A stretch of 64,000 nucleotides of DNA from an uncultured Bifidobacteriaceae bacterium (lineage in GTDB: Bacteria; Verrucomicrobiota; Verrucomicrobiia; Limisphaerales; UBA11358): assembly GCA_964532525.1 (NCBI GenBank), contig CAZHIM010000003.1, positions 4,819 to 68,818 of the forward strand, written 5' to 3'. The translations under genes and the position numbers were made by a program. The notes below the pieces were generated by a model, which saw only the letters and a program-made list of their open reading frames with translations, searched no databases and was not told the origin of the DNA. This document shows, piece after piece, positions 42,881 to 51,993 of this stretch. The stretch's first letter is position 1; every line of letters starts with the position of its first letter.

Positions 42881-43678
42881 ATGAAACACCATATCTGCCA
42901 CAGAAGGCGCGGTTTTACATTGATTGAGTTGCTGGTAGTCATCGCCATTATCGCCATTTTGGCGGCGCTGCTTTTGCCTGCGTTGTCGAGAGCCAAGGAG
43001 TCCGGCAAACGCGCCGTCTGCAAATCAAACATGCGGCAGATTGCCATGGGCGTGCTCATGTATGCAAATGACTATCAAAACAGTTTCCCCCCGGCGGAAT
43101 CGCATTTGGCCTGGGTGCAGATCTATGTCTATCAATACTTGACCACCACAGTGCGGATGTCCACGAACTCACTTGAGTGCCCCGACTATGCGAATTTTAT
43201 TGATCCGTCGTTTGCCGGCAGTCCCGGGATGGTTTATGTGGACACGTCGGTGAATCCGCCCGTGCGCGCAAGGCTTGGCTATTACTCGCTCTGGGGGTTG
43301 AACACCACCACAGATTTGCGGCCAAGAGATTTGAGTTACGGCACGCAGCCCGCCCCATGGGATTCGCCGAGAAAAACCACCGACCAGTTAACGCCGTATA
43401 TGGTGCTGATGGCGGATTTGAGCGAGCAGGGCAGTGGCACCGGCACTCCCTATGGCCGCACCCCGCACACCAAGGCTGGATTGAAGATAAGCAATCTGGG
43501 CTCAATGACCACGCCAACAGCGCTCGGCATGGAAGGGAATAATATCGCGTTGCCGGATGGTTCAATAACGTGGAAAAAAGCCATCACCGCGCTGCCCCAC
43601 ACCGTCAGTCCGTTTGGCGACCCGGTGAACACCCACCAAAGTGATTTCCTCCAAACCACCATCCTGGGCTATTGGTGA
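42881..43678 (+). CDS. Prepilin-type N-terminal cleavage/methylation-domain protein (DUF1559-like pseudopilin-like protein), ~265 aa
   Basis: ORF 42686..43678(+), start trimmed to ATG 42881: [55 protein letters not shown]-terminal [13 protein letters not shown] fits the H-X9-DG-type ending. Confidence 0.8.
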   Translation: MKHHICHRRRGFTLIELLVVIAIIAILAALLLPALSRAKESGKRAVCKSNMRQIAMGVLMYANDYQNSFPPAESHLAWVQIYVYQYLTTTVRMSTNSLECPDYANFIDPSFAGSPGMVYVDTSVNPPVRARLGYYSLWGLNTTTDLRPRDLSYGTQPAPWDSPRKTTDQLTPYMVLMADLSEQGSGTGTPYGRTPHTKAGLKISNLGSMTTPTALGMEGNNIALPDGSITWKKAITALPHTVSPFGDPVNTHQSDFLQTTILGYW

Positions 43679-43713
43679 CTTATCGTGCGAACTTTTTTCA
43701 GTCTGTAAAACCT

Positions 43714-46700
43714 ATGCGGATATGCACCTTCCTTGGGAGCGCGTTTCTTTTCTGCCTGGCCTTGCCGCCGGTCCAGGCTGCCACCAGGACTTGGTCTGGA
43801 GCGGGAGCTGACGCCTACTGGACGACCGCCGCCAACTGGGGGGGCACCGCGCCGGCGACCAACGACAGCCTGGTTTTCACTGGCACCACCCAGCCGGACA
43901 ACACGAACAACTACTCCAACCTGACGAACAACTGGGTGACCTTCAACAACGGAGGCTTCACCCTCAACGGCAATCTGCTGACGCTGAATGGCGGGTCCGG
44001 CCAGCTCACCAACGCGGCCGGAACCAGCGTCATCAGCCTGTCGTTGCAAATCGCGGGTGGAAATAACAATGCGGTCTGGAACATCGCCGCCGGCTCGGAA
44101 TTGCAGATAGCTGGTCTGGTGACCAACGCCTCCAGCGCCAACCCGCTGGCCAACCTGATCGGTGGCGGCACGTTGCATTTCGTGAGCAATACGGTGAGTT
44201 CGACCCGCATGATAACAACCTACAACGGGGTGTTGCTGGATGATGGCGCAAATGTGGTTATCGCCAATGACGGATTCCGGCTCAGTCCCACGAACGCCTC
44301 GGCGACGGCGGCGGCGGTCATCACCAACAACGGTTTCATCCAAATCGGGGGCAGCTCCAGTTTGCGGATGGGGCAATTGCAAAGCGGCTTGGCGGCCGGG
44401 AATGCGACGGTCAACGTCAGCTCGGGAGAGATTCTGCTGCAGCCGTCGGGGGACAACGGCGCACCCTCTTATGGCGGCTGCATCACGCTGGGCGAAAACC
44501 CGGGCGTGACGGCCACGATCACGCAGAGCGGGGGGCTGGTGTGGTTGAATCCGCTGGCGGGCGTGTCCAGCGATTTGAGCTGTGGCAATCTGATTTATGG
44601 CGGCAATGCGACGGGGAACGGCACCTACAATTTGAACGGCGGCATTTTGATGTTGCGTTCAATCACCAACGCCCACGCGGGCGGCGCGGCTGTGTTCAAC
44701 TTCAACGGCGGCACGCTCAAGCCGGTGGCCAGTTCGACGGTTTTCCTGCCCAACCTGATCACGGCGAACGTGCAGAGCGGCGGCGCGATCATTGACACGA
44801 CCAATTTCAACATCACCATCGCCCAGAATCTGGGCGGTAGCGGCGCGCTAACTTTACTCGGCAGTGGCGTGCTGACGCTGAGTGGAACGGATGGCTACTC
44901 TGGCGGAACGGTGATCAGCAATGGCATGTTAAATGTGACGGGCAGTCTGACGGGTGGCGGCGCTTTGATTGTGGCTGGCGGGACCTTGTCCGGTTCGGGC
45001 GTGATCGCGGGAGCGGTGAATGTCCTGCCGGGCGGTGGCGTGTCACCCAGCGGCGCCGGTGGTGTGCCCACGACTTTGACCTGCCAGAATAATTTCACCC
45101 TTGCGGGCAACCTGGCGATCCAAGTCAACAAGGCACAGTCAGTTTCGAATGACCTGGTGCTGGTCAATGGCGTATTGGCGGGCACTGCCACCGCCACCCT
45201 GACCATGGACAACGCCGGGACATACACGCCCGGAGATACTTTCAAGATATTCAACCAGCCATTGCTCAACGGCGCCGCGATTGCCATAAGTCCCGGCACA
45301 CCCGGCTTGGACCAAACCTGGACCAACCGTCTGGCCATTGATGGCACCATCGGCGTGGTGGGTCAAACTTCCAGCACGGCAGCCAACCTGGCGAACTTGA
45401 CCTTGAGCGTTGGAACGCTTAATCCCGCGTTTAGCTCAAACCTTGTGAGCTACACGGCGAGCGTGGCCTACAGCAATAATTCGGTCACGCTGACCGCCGT
45501 CAGCGCCAACCCGGGGGCGACCATCAAAATCATCAGCGCCGGGACGACCAATCCCGTGGCTTCCGGCTCTCCGAGCAGTCCGATTGCGCTCAACCCCGGA
45601 GTCAACCTGATTGATGTCCAGGTAACCGCCGCCGACGCTTCGACCACGGAGGATTACCTCATCAATCTGACGCGCACGCCGCCCAATGTCATCCTGATCC
45701 TGGCGGACGACCAGGGATTCTCAGACTGGAGCTGTTACGGCAGCGAAATTCACACCCCCAACCTGGACAGCTTGGCGGCCACCGGTCTGCGATTTCGCAA
45801 TTACCACAATGCGGCGCGCTGCAGTCCGACTCGCTGCGCCATTTTGACGGGGTTATATACCCAACAAGCGGCGGTAACCCCGTCGGCTTCGCTGCCGCCG
45901 TTGCGGACGGATAATAACGTGACGATTGCCGAGGTGTTGGGCGCCGCGGGCTACCACACCTATATGGCTGGGAAATGGCATCTGGGCAGCCTGGCCGATC
46001 AGGCCCCGGAACACCGGGGATTTCAGGAAGTATTCACTTACATTAATGGCACGGATGATCACGAAGATGAATGGACGCCTTCGGATTACCGCTTTGCGAC
46101 GACGGACGGGGAGACCACCAACATCACGTATAACTCGACAAATTTCTATCAGCCTGACGCGATTGGCGATTATTGCCTGCAATTTCTGGGCAACCAGTTT
46201 AACCGCCACACCAACTCGCCCTTTTTCATGTATGTGCCCTTCGGTTCGTCGCATTTCTGGATCCAGGCCCCGCAGGCGATGGGGGACACAAATGTGGCGC
46301 TGTATTCAAACGGCTGGGATTTTGTGCGCTCGCAACGTTACACCAACATGCTGGCAAAGGCGGTGCTTGATCCAAGTTATGCCTTATCGCCGAATGAGGG
46401 CACGGCCCCCTGGAGCAGTGTGCTGGCGGAGGCGATTCCCTCCTGGAGCGCCATCAGCACAGCCACGCAAGGCGACCTGACCCGGCGCATGGCTCTTTAT
46501 GCCGCCATGATACAAAAAATGGATGCCAACGTGGGGCGGATTGTTCAATACCTTCAACAGAATAACCAGTTGGACAACACGCTGATCATCGCGCTTTCCG
46601 ACAACGGCGGAAACTATGAGGGCGGGGTCTATGGTTTGACCGGCAGCACGTCGGACGCGCCGCTCAATTCCCCGCTGACGGGCACGGCGCTGGAAAGCAT

Positions 46701-48495
46701 GGGGCAGCCCGGCCAGCCTTACATTTATGTGGGGGGTGGTTGGGCGCATGTGAGCAATACGCCGTTCCGCTGGTTCAAGCATTTTGATCACTTTGGGGGC
46801 ACCGGCACACCCTGCATCATCCATTGGCCGCAAGGCCTTAGCCGAACCAACCAATGGGAAAACGAACAGGGACACATCATTGACGTGATGTCCACGATTG
46901 TGAATGTGACGGGCGCCAGTTACCCGTCACATTGGACCAATGTCATTGACGGCACCAATTATACCGTCCTGCCAATGCAAGGTATCAGCCTGAAACCGTG
47001 GTTCACCACCAATCTAGCGGCCGTGCCCCGCGGTTTGGGATTTGAACACGAAGGAAACCGGGCATACATCAGCAACAACTGGAATCTAGTGACGAAGAAT
47101 TTCACGTCCGTGAACGGCAGCTACTTTGCCAATGAACTTGAGCTTTACGACCTGAGCAAAGATCCGTCCCAAGTCACCAACCTGGCCTACACCAACTTGA
47201 CCGTGCTGGCCCAGATGGTGACAAACTGGAATAACTGGTGCAACTATGTGGGCGATCCAAGCAGTCTGTTGATTACCGCGGTCACCAACCCGCCGCCGAT
47301 TGTCAATATTGACCCGGCGCCCCTGGCGAACGATTTGTTCGTCGACACATTTGACCGCTCAGACGACGGCGCCGTCGCCAACATTCAAGCTAGCGCGACC
47401 GGGATGTGGGGCAGCCTGGTGCCCCCCTTGGGCGCAGACGCGGCGTATTATGAAGGGTACGACGCCCAGTATCTGGAACTGCTCAACAATACGCTGTATA
47501 AGATCCCCGGCGGCATGGTGGAGAGCGGCCTCATGAATAATTTTGTGGGGGCGGACATTCTTACCGCCGGCGGTTTTAGCGTGGAGCTGAATATCTTGGC
47601 CATCAACAGCACCACCGCCGACTCTTCCAACCGCTATGCGGGCTTTGGTGTGGGATTGACGCAAGCGCAGGCCGCCTCCGGGGGCGACATCTACAACCCG
47701 CTGTCTGCCGGGCAAGTCACGTTTCGCGGTCCGGTGGGCGGGGGCGGCAACACGGGGGTGAGTCCGTTCTTCGTGGATTTGGACATGAACGGCAACCTTC
47801 ACGTGTGGACCAACGGGGTGCTGGTGAATACGATTCCGGTCGGCGCCGCCAACGGTATTTTGACCGCCAGCTTTGCCTGCACGGGATTCATGACCAACAA
47901 TCCGGTGGTGGCAAATGTCTTTTTCAACGGTCAGTTGATCAACATCAATCCGTCCGGAACCGATTCCACCGGCATCACTTTTTATTGGCAAACCAACAAT
48001 AACAACTATGTGGGGCTGAGTGCGCGGGCGTCTAATTACAACCAAATGGATAATCTGGCCATTCGCAAATTGCCGCTGGCCAACGAACTCGTGGCTGACT
48101 ACGCCATGGAATTCGGTTTGACGGGCACCAACGCAGCTCCCAATGCTGATCCGGACGGCGATGGCGTGAGCAATTTTGGCGAATGGGCGTTTGGCGGAAA
48201 TCCAATCGTGCCGGATTCCTTCATTGCGGGCTTCAGCGGCTTTCAGGCGCTCGCGGGGAATGATTTCCAGTTTATCTTCCAGCGGTATCGCTACTATTCC
48301 GCCGCGGGCTTGCAATATTATTTTCAGTACTCCCGGGATTTGCGGAATTGGTCTGATTTCACCCCGAATGTGATTTCCGCCAGTGTGAACGAGGACAACA
48401 CCGACTATGAAGTGATGACCATGGGCCTGCCATCCGCCCTTGCCACCGGACAGCAGGCGTTGTTTTTGAGAATCCTGGTCCAGGCCGCAAACTAA
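43714..48495 (+). CDS. Giant secreted fusion: autotransporter-associated beta-strand repeats, cadherin-like beta-sandwich, Cys-type sulfatase, LamG-like region, TSP3-like Ca-binding loop, C-terminal domain; ~1593 aa
   Basis: ORF 43672..48495(+), start trimmed to ATG 43714 (MRICTFLGSAFLFCLALPPVQA). TWSGAGADAYWTTAANWGGTAP, then repeated GGTL...G.G.LTLSG units. ANLTLSVGTLNPAFSSNLVSYTASV (cadherin-like). [32 protein letters not shown] and C-S-P-T-R at 45820-45834. DPDGDGVSNFGEWAFGGNP. Confidence 0.8.
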   Translation: MRICTFLGSAFLFCLALPPVQAATRTWSGAGADAYWTTAANWGGTAPATNDSLVFTGTTQPDNTNNYSNLTNNWVTFNNGGFTLNGNLLTLNGGSGQLTNAAGTSVISLSLQIAGGNNNAVWNIAAGSELQIAGLVTNASSANPLANLIGGGTLHFVSNTVSSTRMITTYNGVLLDDGANVVIANDGFRLSPTNASATAAAVITNNGFIQIGGSSSLRMGQLQSGLAAGNATVNVSSGEILLQPSGDNGAPSYGGCITLGENPGVTATITQSGGLVWLNPLAGVSSDLSCGNLIYGGNATGNGTYNLNGGILMLRSITNAHAGGAAVFNFNGGTLKPVASSTVFLPNLITANVQSGGAIIDTTNFNITIAQNLGGSGALTLLGSGVLTLSGTDGYSGGTVISNGMLNVTGSLTGGGALIVAGGTLSGSGVIAGAVNVLPGGGVSPSGAGGVPTTLTCQNNFTLAGNLAIQVNKAQSVSNDLVLVNGVLAGTATATLTMDNAGTYTPGDTFKIFNQPLLNGAAIAISPGTPGLDQTWTNRLAIDGTIGVVGQTSSTAANLANLTLSVGTLNPAFSSNLVSYTASVAYSNNSVTLTAVSANPGATIKIISAGTTNPVASGSPSSPIALNPGVNLIDVQVTAADASTTEDYLINLTRTPPNVILILADDQGFSDWSCYGSEIHTPNLDSLAATGLRFRNYHNAARCSPTRCAILTGLYTQQAAVTPSASLPPLRTDNNVTIAEVLGAAGYHTYMAGKWHLGSLADQAPEHRGFQEVFTYINGTDDHEDEWTPSDYRFATTDGETTNITYNSTNFYQPDAIGDYCLQFLGNQFNRHTNSPFFMYVPFGSSHFWIQAPQAMGDTNVALYSNGWDFVRSQRYTNMLAKAVLDPSYALSPNEGTAPWSSVLAEAIPSWSAISTATQGDLTRRMALYAAMIQKMDANVGRIVQYLQQNNQLDNTLIIALSDNGGNYEGGVYGLTGSTSDAPLNSPLTGTALESMGQPGQPYIYVGGGWAHVSNTPFRWFKHFDHFGGTGTPCIIHWPQGLSRTNQWENEQGHIIDVMSTIVNVTGASYPSHWTNVIDGTNYTVLPMQGISLKPWFTTNLAAVPRGLGFEHEGNRAYISNNWNLVTKNFTSVNGSYFANELELYDLSKDPSQVTNLAYTNLTVLAQMVTNWNNWCNYVGDPSSLLITAVTNPPPIVNIDPAPLANDLFVDTFDRSDDGAVANIQASATGMWGSLVPPLGADAAYYEGYDAQYLELLNNTLYKIPGGMVESGLMNNFVGADILTAGGFSVELNILAINSTTADSSNRYAGFGVGLTQAQAASGGDIYNPLSAGQVTFRGPVGGGGNTGVSPFFVDLDMNGNLHVWTNGVLVNTIPVGAANGILTASFACTGFMTNNPVVANVFFNGQLININPSGTDSTGITFYWQTNNNNYVGLSARASNYNQMDNLAIRKLPLANELVADYAMEFGLTGTNAAPNADPDGDGVSNFGEWAFGGNPIVPDSFIAGFSGFQALAGNDFQFIFQRYRYYSAAGLQYYFQYSRDLRNWSDFTPNVISASVNEDNTDYEVMTMGLPSALATGQQALFLRILVQAAN

Positions 48496-48555
48496 CTGCC
48501 AAAGCGTGGGCTGCTGGACGGTCCGCCAAACGCCCGGCGGTTCGTGCGGCCCCTT

Positions 48556-51500
48556 TCAGGTATTTGTCAACGGTGCATGAAACGTCACGGCCGTCCCGTG
48601 GCCGACGGTGCTTTCCCATTCCGCATGTCCGCCGATATGTTCAAGCCGGCGCTTCATGTTGACGACGCCATTACTGAAAGCGGAACTGTTTTGAAGCTCA
48701 ACCCCGCGACCGTTATCTCTGACGCTGATGGCCAGTTCGGTTGATGTTATTGCCACGCGCAAATCCACTTGGGTGGCGCCGGAATGTCGCGCGGCGTTAT
48801 TCAGGGCTTCCTTGAACGCAAGGAACAGGTGATGTCGCGTTTCGGCGGTGAGCAGGACGGCGGGCAGGTCCGGGGGCAGATCGAGGCGCAGGCGGATGCC
48901 GCTCGGGCGGAAGAATTCCTCGGCAAAATGGCCGAGATAATTGACGAGTCCGGCCAGCGTGTCGTTTTTGGGATTGACGGCCCAGACGATTTCGTCCAAC
49001 GCAATGACCACTTCACGGGCGCGGTTCCGCACATCCTGGATCAACTCTTTGGTCTCGCTTGGCGGCGTGTTCTCGCGGTTGGCCAGCGCGCTCAACAGGC
49101 TGATTTGCGTGAGGCTGGTGCCGAGGTCGTCGTGCAAATCCCGCGCAATGCGTGCGCGTTCCTCCTCCATCTCGCGCTGGCGCTCGGCGTGTTCGAGCCG
49201 GCGACGATAACGGTAGCGTTGGATCATGGCTGCTGCGGCGGCAAACGAAAGCAAAGTGAGCAGCGCCAGTCCGGCGCGAAACCACCAGGTTTCGTGGAAG
49301 TAAGGCAGGATGGTGAACAGGAGCGTGTCGCCGTTCTCGTTCCAGATGCCGTCGTCGTTGCAGGCCAGCACCCGGAAGCGATAGTCGCCGGGGGCGAGCG
49401 GACCGTAGCCGATCTCCCGGCGCGGGCCGATGTCCTGCCATTTGGCATCGCCGCCTTCGAGCTCCACCCGGAAGCGGACTCCATCGGGTGCGGTGAAATT
49501 CAAGCCAGTGAACCGGACCTGAACGTAATGCCGGCCGGCGGGAATTTTCAGCGGTGAAACCGGGCCCACGCTCCGCAGCGGCACGCCGATGCGCGGCGGA
49601 AAGGCCATCGGCTTGCCATCCACGAGCATGTCCTCAATGATGACCGTGGGAGGAACCCGGTTGGAAATCGTTCGCGAGGGGTCCACGGAGGCGACGCCGT
49701 TGGCGGTGGAGAACCAGAGATGGCCGTCCGCTGAGCGCCAGCAGGAAGGTTGAAAGCCGCTGGAGCATTGCAACGCAGGCAAGCCGTCCGACTCGCCATA
49801 AACCCGACACGGCAAGCTCGTGGCCGTTCCATCAGCGACGGCGGCCAAATCGGATTTGGCAACGCGAAAAATTCCAGCGTAGGTGCCGCCCCACAAAAAC
49901 CCGTCGCGACTGTCGAGCAGTTGCGAAATGTTATTGTTGGGCAGTCCATCGCTGGCCAGGACGCGGGTGAACCGGCCGTCGCGAAATCGCAACAGGCCGC
50001 CGCCCAGCGTGCCGATCCACACGACGTGGTTCGTATCCGGCAGCACCGCGGCGAAACGGACCGCCGGCCATTCTGCCGGCGGCGTGAAGCGGGAAAACTT
50101 TCCGCCGGCAAAACTCCACAATTCGCCGGGGCCGCTGCCGATCCAGATCGTGCCATCAGCCGCTTCGGCAATCGCGCCCACGGCATGGGAATCCACAAAA
50201 CCATTCTCGCTGTCATAAGTTTTGTAGCCGCCGTTTGTAAAACAGCACAAGTCCACCAACCCCCCGGCCCACATACGGTCTTGACTGTCGCCAAACAACA
50301 CCCGGACCGTGCCCCAGGGTGCGGGCGGATGGGTAATGGTATTGCTGCCATAGTTTGCCAACCCGTGGTTGAGTGACCCCACCCAAAGCGTACCGTCGCG
50401 CGCGGGGAAAACGGTTATGCTCTCATTCGGGTCATTTGCCGAAGCCCCCAGCGACACCGTCTCAAATTGTTCGTTTTTATTCTGCCAGCGCGCCAGGGCG
50501 CCAGACATCGTACCCACCCAGAGGACGCCGTTGGCATCCACGCAGGTGGAACTCACCACCTTGTCGCGCAAGCCGTTGGCGGGGCCAAACACCTGGAAAA
50601 GCCGCTCGCGAATGCGCGCGAGGCCGCCGTCGTGCATTCCCACCCAGACATTGCCCTCGAAATCCTGAAACCAGCAGGTGATGAACCGGCTGGGCAGACC
50701 GGTCTGTTCGTTGAGCAAATGGCTGGAGCCGTCGGATTTGCAATGCCACAAGCCGCGTCCGTACACTATCAGCCAAACATTGCCCTGGATGTCGCCGTGC
50801 AGCGTGACGCTGCCGGGCAGGGGGTTTTTCGGCAGGTCGTCGGAATTGATTTCCGTCACCCACCGCCCGTTGATGGCTTTCCGGAGCCGGTTTTTTTCCA
50901 GCACCCACAGCCCGCCGTCGCCGCTGAAGGCGATTTGTGAAATATTTTCCGGCGGAGGGCCATTGGTCGGCGTGTGATCCAAAAAGTTTTCTCCCTCCCG
51001 CACGATGAGAAGTCGCGACGTTGCAATCCATGGCTTTCCCGCCGCGTCCAAAGCCAGCGCGGAGACATCTGTGTCGTAAAGGGCGTTGGGGACAAGGTTG
51101 AAGTTGGTCCTCGAAAAACATCCAAGCCGATGACCCTCGGTGACGAACCACACAGTGTTGCTTTCATCCTGGCAGAAAGTTCGCGGGTCCGGTCTGATGA
51201 GGGGGCGCGGGTCAAACACCGACCATTGGTTGCCGCCTGGCATATTCAGGAGGGCGAGACAAGGGGACTCTCCGGCAAATAAAACGGAATTCGATTGGAC
51301 ATTCAAAACATGGTCCAAGCGGGCGTGTGGTTCGCTCCGGGGGGGGCGAAACAATTCGAAACGGCCGTCGTAAAACGTACTGACGGATTCATTGCCCATG
51401 AAAATCCAAAGCCGTCCGGTTCGATCCACGCTCAAGTGTTCCACCTGCACGTCTTTCAGCTGCGGCGTGTCGAGCTGGTTGAATGGTGAAAATCGCACGC

Positions 51501-51720
51501 CGTCAAAGCGGGCCAATCCGCCGTAGCGCGTGCCCACCCACAAATAACCATCGGGCGTCTGGGCGATGCTGGAAACCCAGTCGTGTGGCAGGCCCTTGTC
51601 TGTCTGCCATGCCTGCACCAAATAATAGCGTGGTGTGCCCGCTGCCGGAAAATCAGCCGCCGAAGCGTTGGAGAAAATGCCGCAGGCAAGCAAACCGACG
51701 ATGGCTCGAAGATTGGGCAT
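48556..51720 (-). CDS. Sensor histidine kinase: periplasmic two-component-regulator beta-propeller/Y_Y_Y sensor, TM segment, HisKA_3, HATPase
   Basis: ORF 48556..51873(-), start trimmed to ATG 51720 (MPNLRAIVGLLACGIFSNASA). Repeated propeller blades (DGYLWVGTRYGGLARFDG, GNVWVGMHDGGLARI, VVWIGTLGGGLLRFRDG). TM WWFRAGLALLTLLSFAAAAAMI. ARIARDLHDDLGTSLTQI (HisKA_3, NarL-type). ISVRDNGRGV. Confidence 0.8.
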   Translation of the reverse strand: MPNLRAIVGLLACGIFSNASAADFPAAGTPRYYLVQAWQTDKGLPHDWVSSIAQTPDGYLWVGTRYGGLARFDGVRFSPFNQLDTPQLKDVQVEHLSVDRTGRLWIFMGNESVSTFYDGRFELFRPPRSEPHARLDHVLNVQSNSVLFAGESPCLALLNMPGGNQWSVFDPRPLIRPDPRTFCQDESNTVWFVTEGHRLGCFSRTNFNLVPNALYDTDVSALALDAAGKPWIATSRLLIVREGENFLDHTPTNGPPPENISQIAFSGDGGLWVLEKNRLRKAINGRWVTEINSDDLPKNPLPGSVTLHGDIQGNVWLIVYGRGLWHCKSDGSSHLLNEQTGLPSRFITCWFQDFEGNVWVGMHDGGLARIRERLFQVFGPANGLRDKVVSSTCVDANGVLWVGTMSGALARWQNKNEQFETVSLGASANDPNESITVFPARDGTLWVGSLNHGLANYGSNTITHPPAPWGTVRVLFGDSQDRMWAGGLVDLCCFTNGGYKTYDSENGFVDSHAVGAIAEAADGTIWIGSGPGELWSFAGGKFSRFTPPAEWPAVRFAAVLPDTNHVVWIGTLGGGLLRFRDGRFTRVLASDGLPNNNISQLLDSRDGFLWGGTYAGIFRVAKSDLAAVADGTATSLPCRVYGESDGLPALQCSSGFQPSCWRSADGHLWFSTANGVASVDPSRTISNRVPPTVIIEDMLVDGKPMAFPPRIGVPLRSVGPVSPLKIPAGRHYVQVRFTGLNFTAPDGVRFRVELEGGDAKWQDIGPRREIGYGPLAPGDYRFRVLACNDDGIWNENGDTLLFTILPYFHETWWFRAGLALLTLLSFAAAAAMIQRYRYRRRLEHAERQREMEEERARIARDLHDDLGTSLTQISLLSALANRENTPPSETKELIQDVRNRAREVVIALDEIVWAVNPKNDTLAGLVNYLGHFAEEFFRPSGIRLRLDLPPDLPAVLLTAETRHHLFLAFKEALNNAARHSGATQVDLRVAITSTELAISVRDNGRGVELQNSSAFSNGVVNMKRRLEHIGGHAEWESTVGHGTAVTFHAPLTNT

Positions 51721-51955
51721 GAAAATCAAGCGTGTAAGCCGTGTGACGCCAACCTGCAGGGCAAAGCCGCCCGCGTCAATAACGAATTTGCCATCATCAC
51801 TTTGGTTTATCAGGGTCTGCATCATCCCTTCGGACGATTCCCAAAGCGACGCTTTTGGACGATAATCGGCCATACCTTGATTTTACCAGCATTTGTGCCA
51901 GGCACAGAGGGGCAACTGGCTCGGAGAGAAACAGAGATGAATTTACCATCCACAC

Positions 51956-51993
51956 AACCTAAAACTATGAAACGAACCTAAAACTATGAAACG
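51956..51993 (+). repeat. Perfect 19-bp tandem duplication spanning the start codon of the 51986 gene
   Basis: AACCTAAAACTATGAAACG occurs at 51956-51974 and again at 51975-51993. Copy 1 creates a 4-codon mini-ORF (ATG AAA CGA ACC TAA, 51967-51981) ending 4 nt before the main ATG at 51986. Confidence 0.9.

Noticed and set aside
43800-45400. Periodic repeats in the beta-strand-repeat genes (also 52100-56700), considered as a possible CRISPR array or DNA tandem array
   Set aside because: The periodicity is at the protein-domain level, degenerate at the DNA level and inside long open reading frames. There is no repeat-spacer architecture and there are no cas genes.
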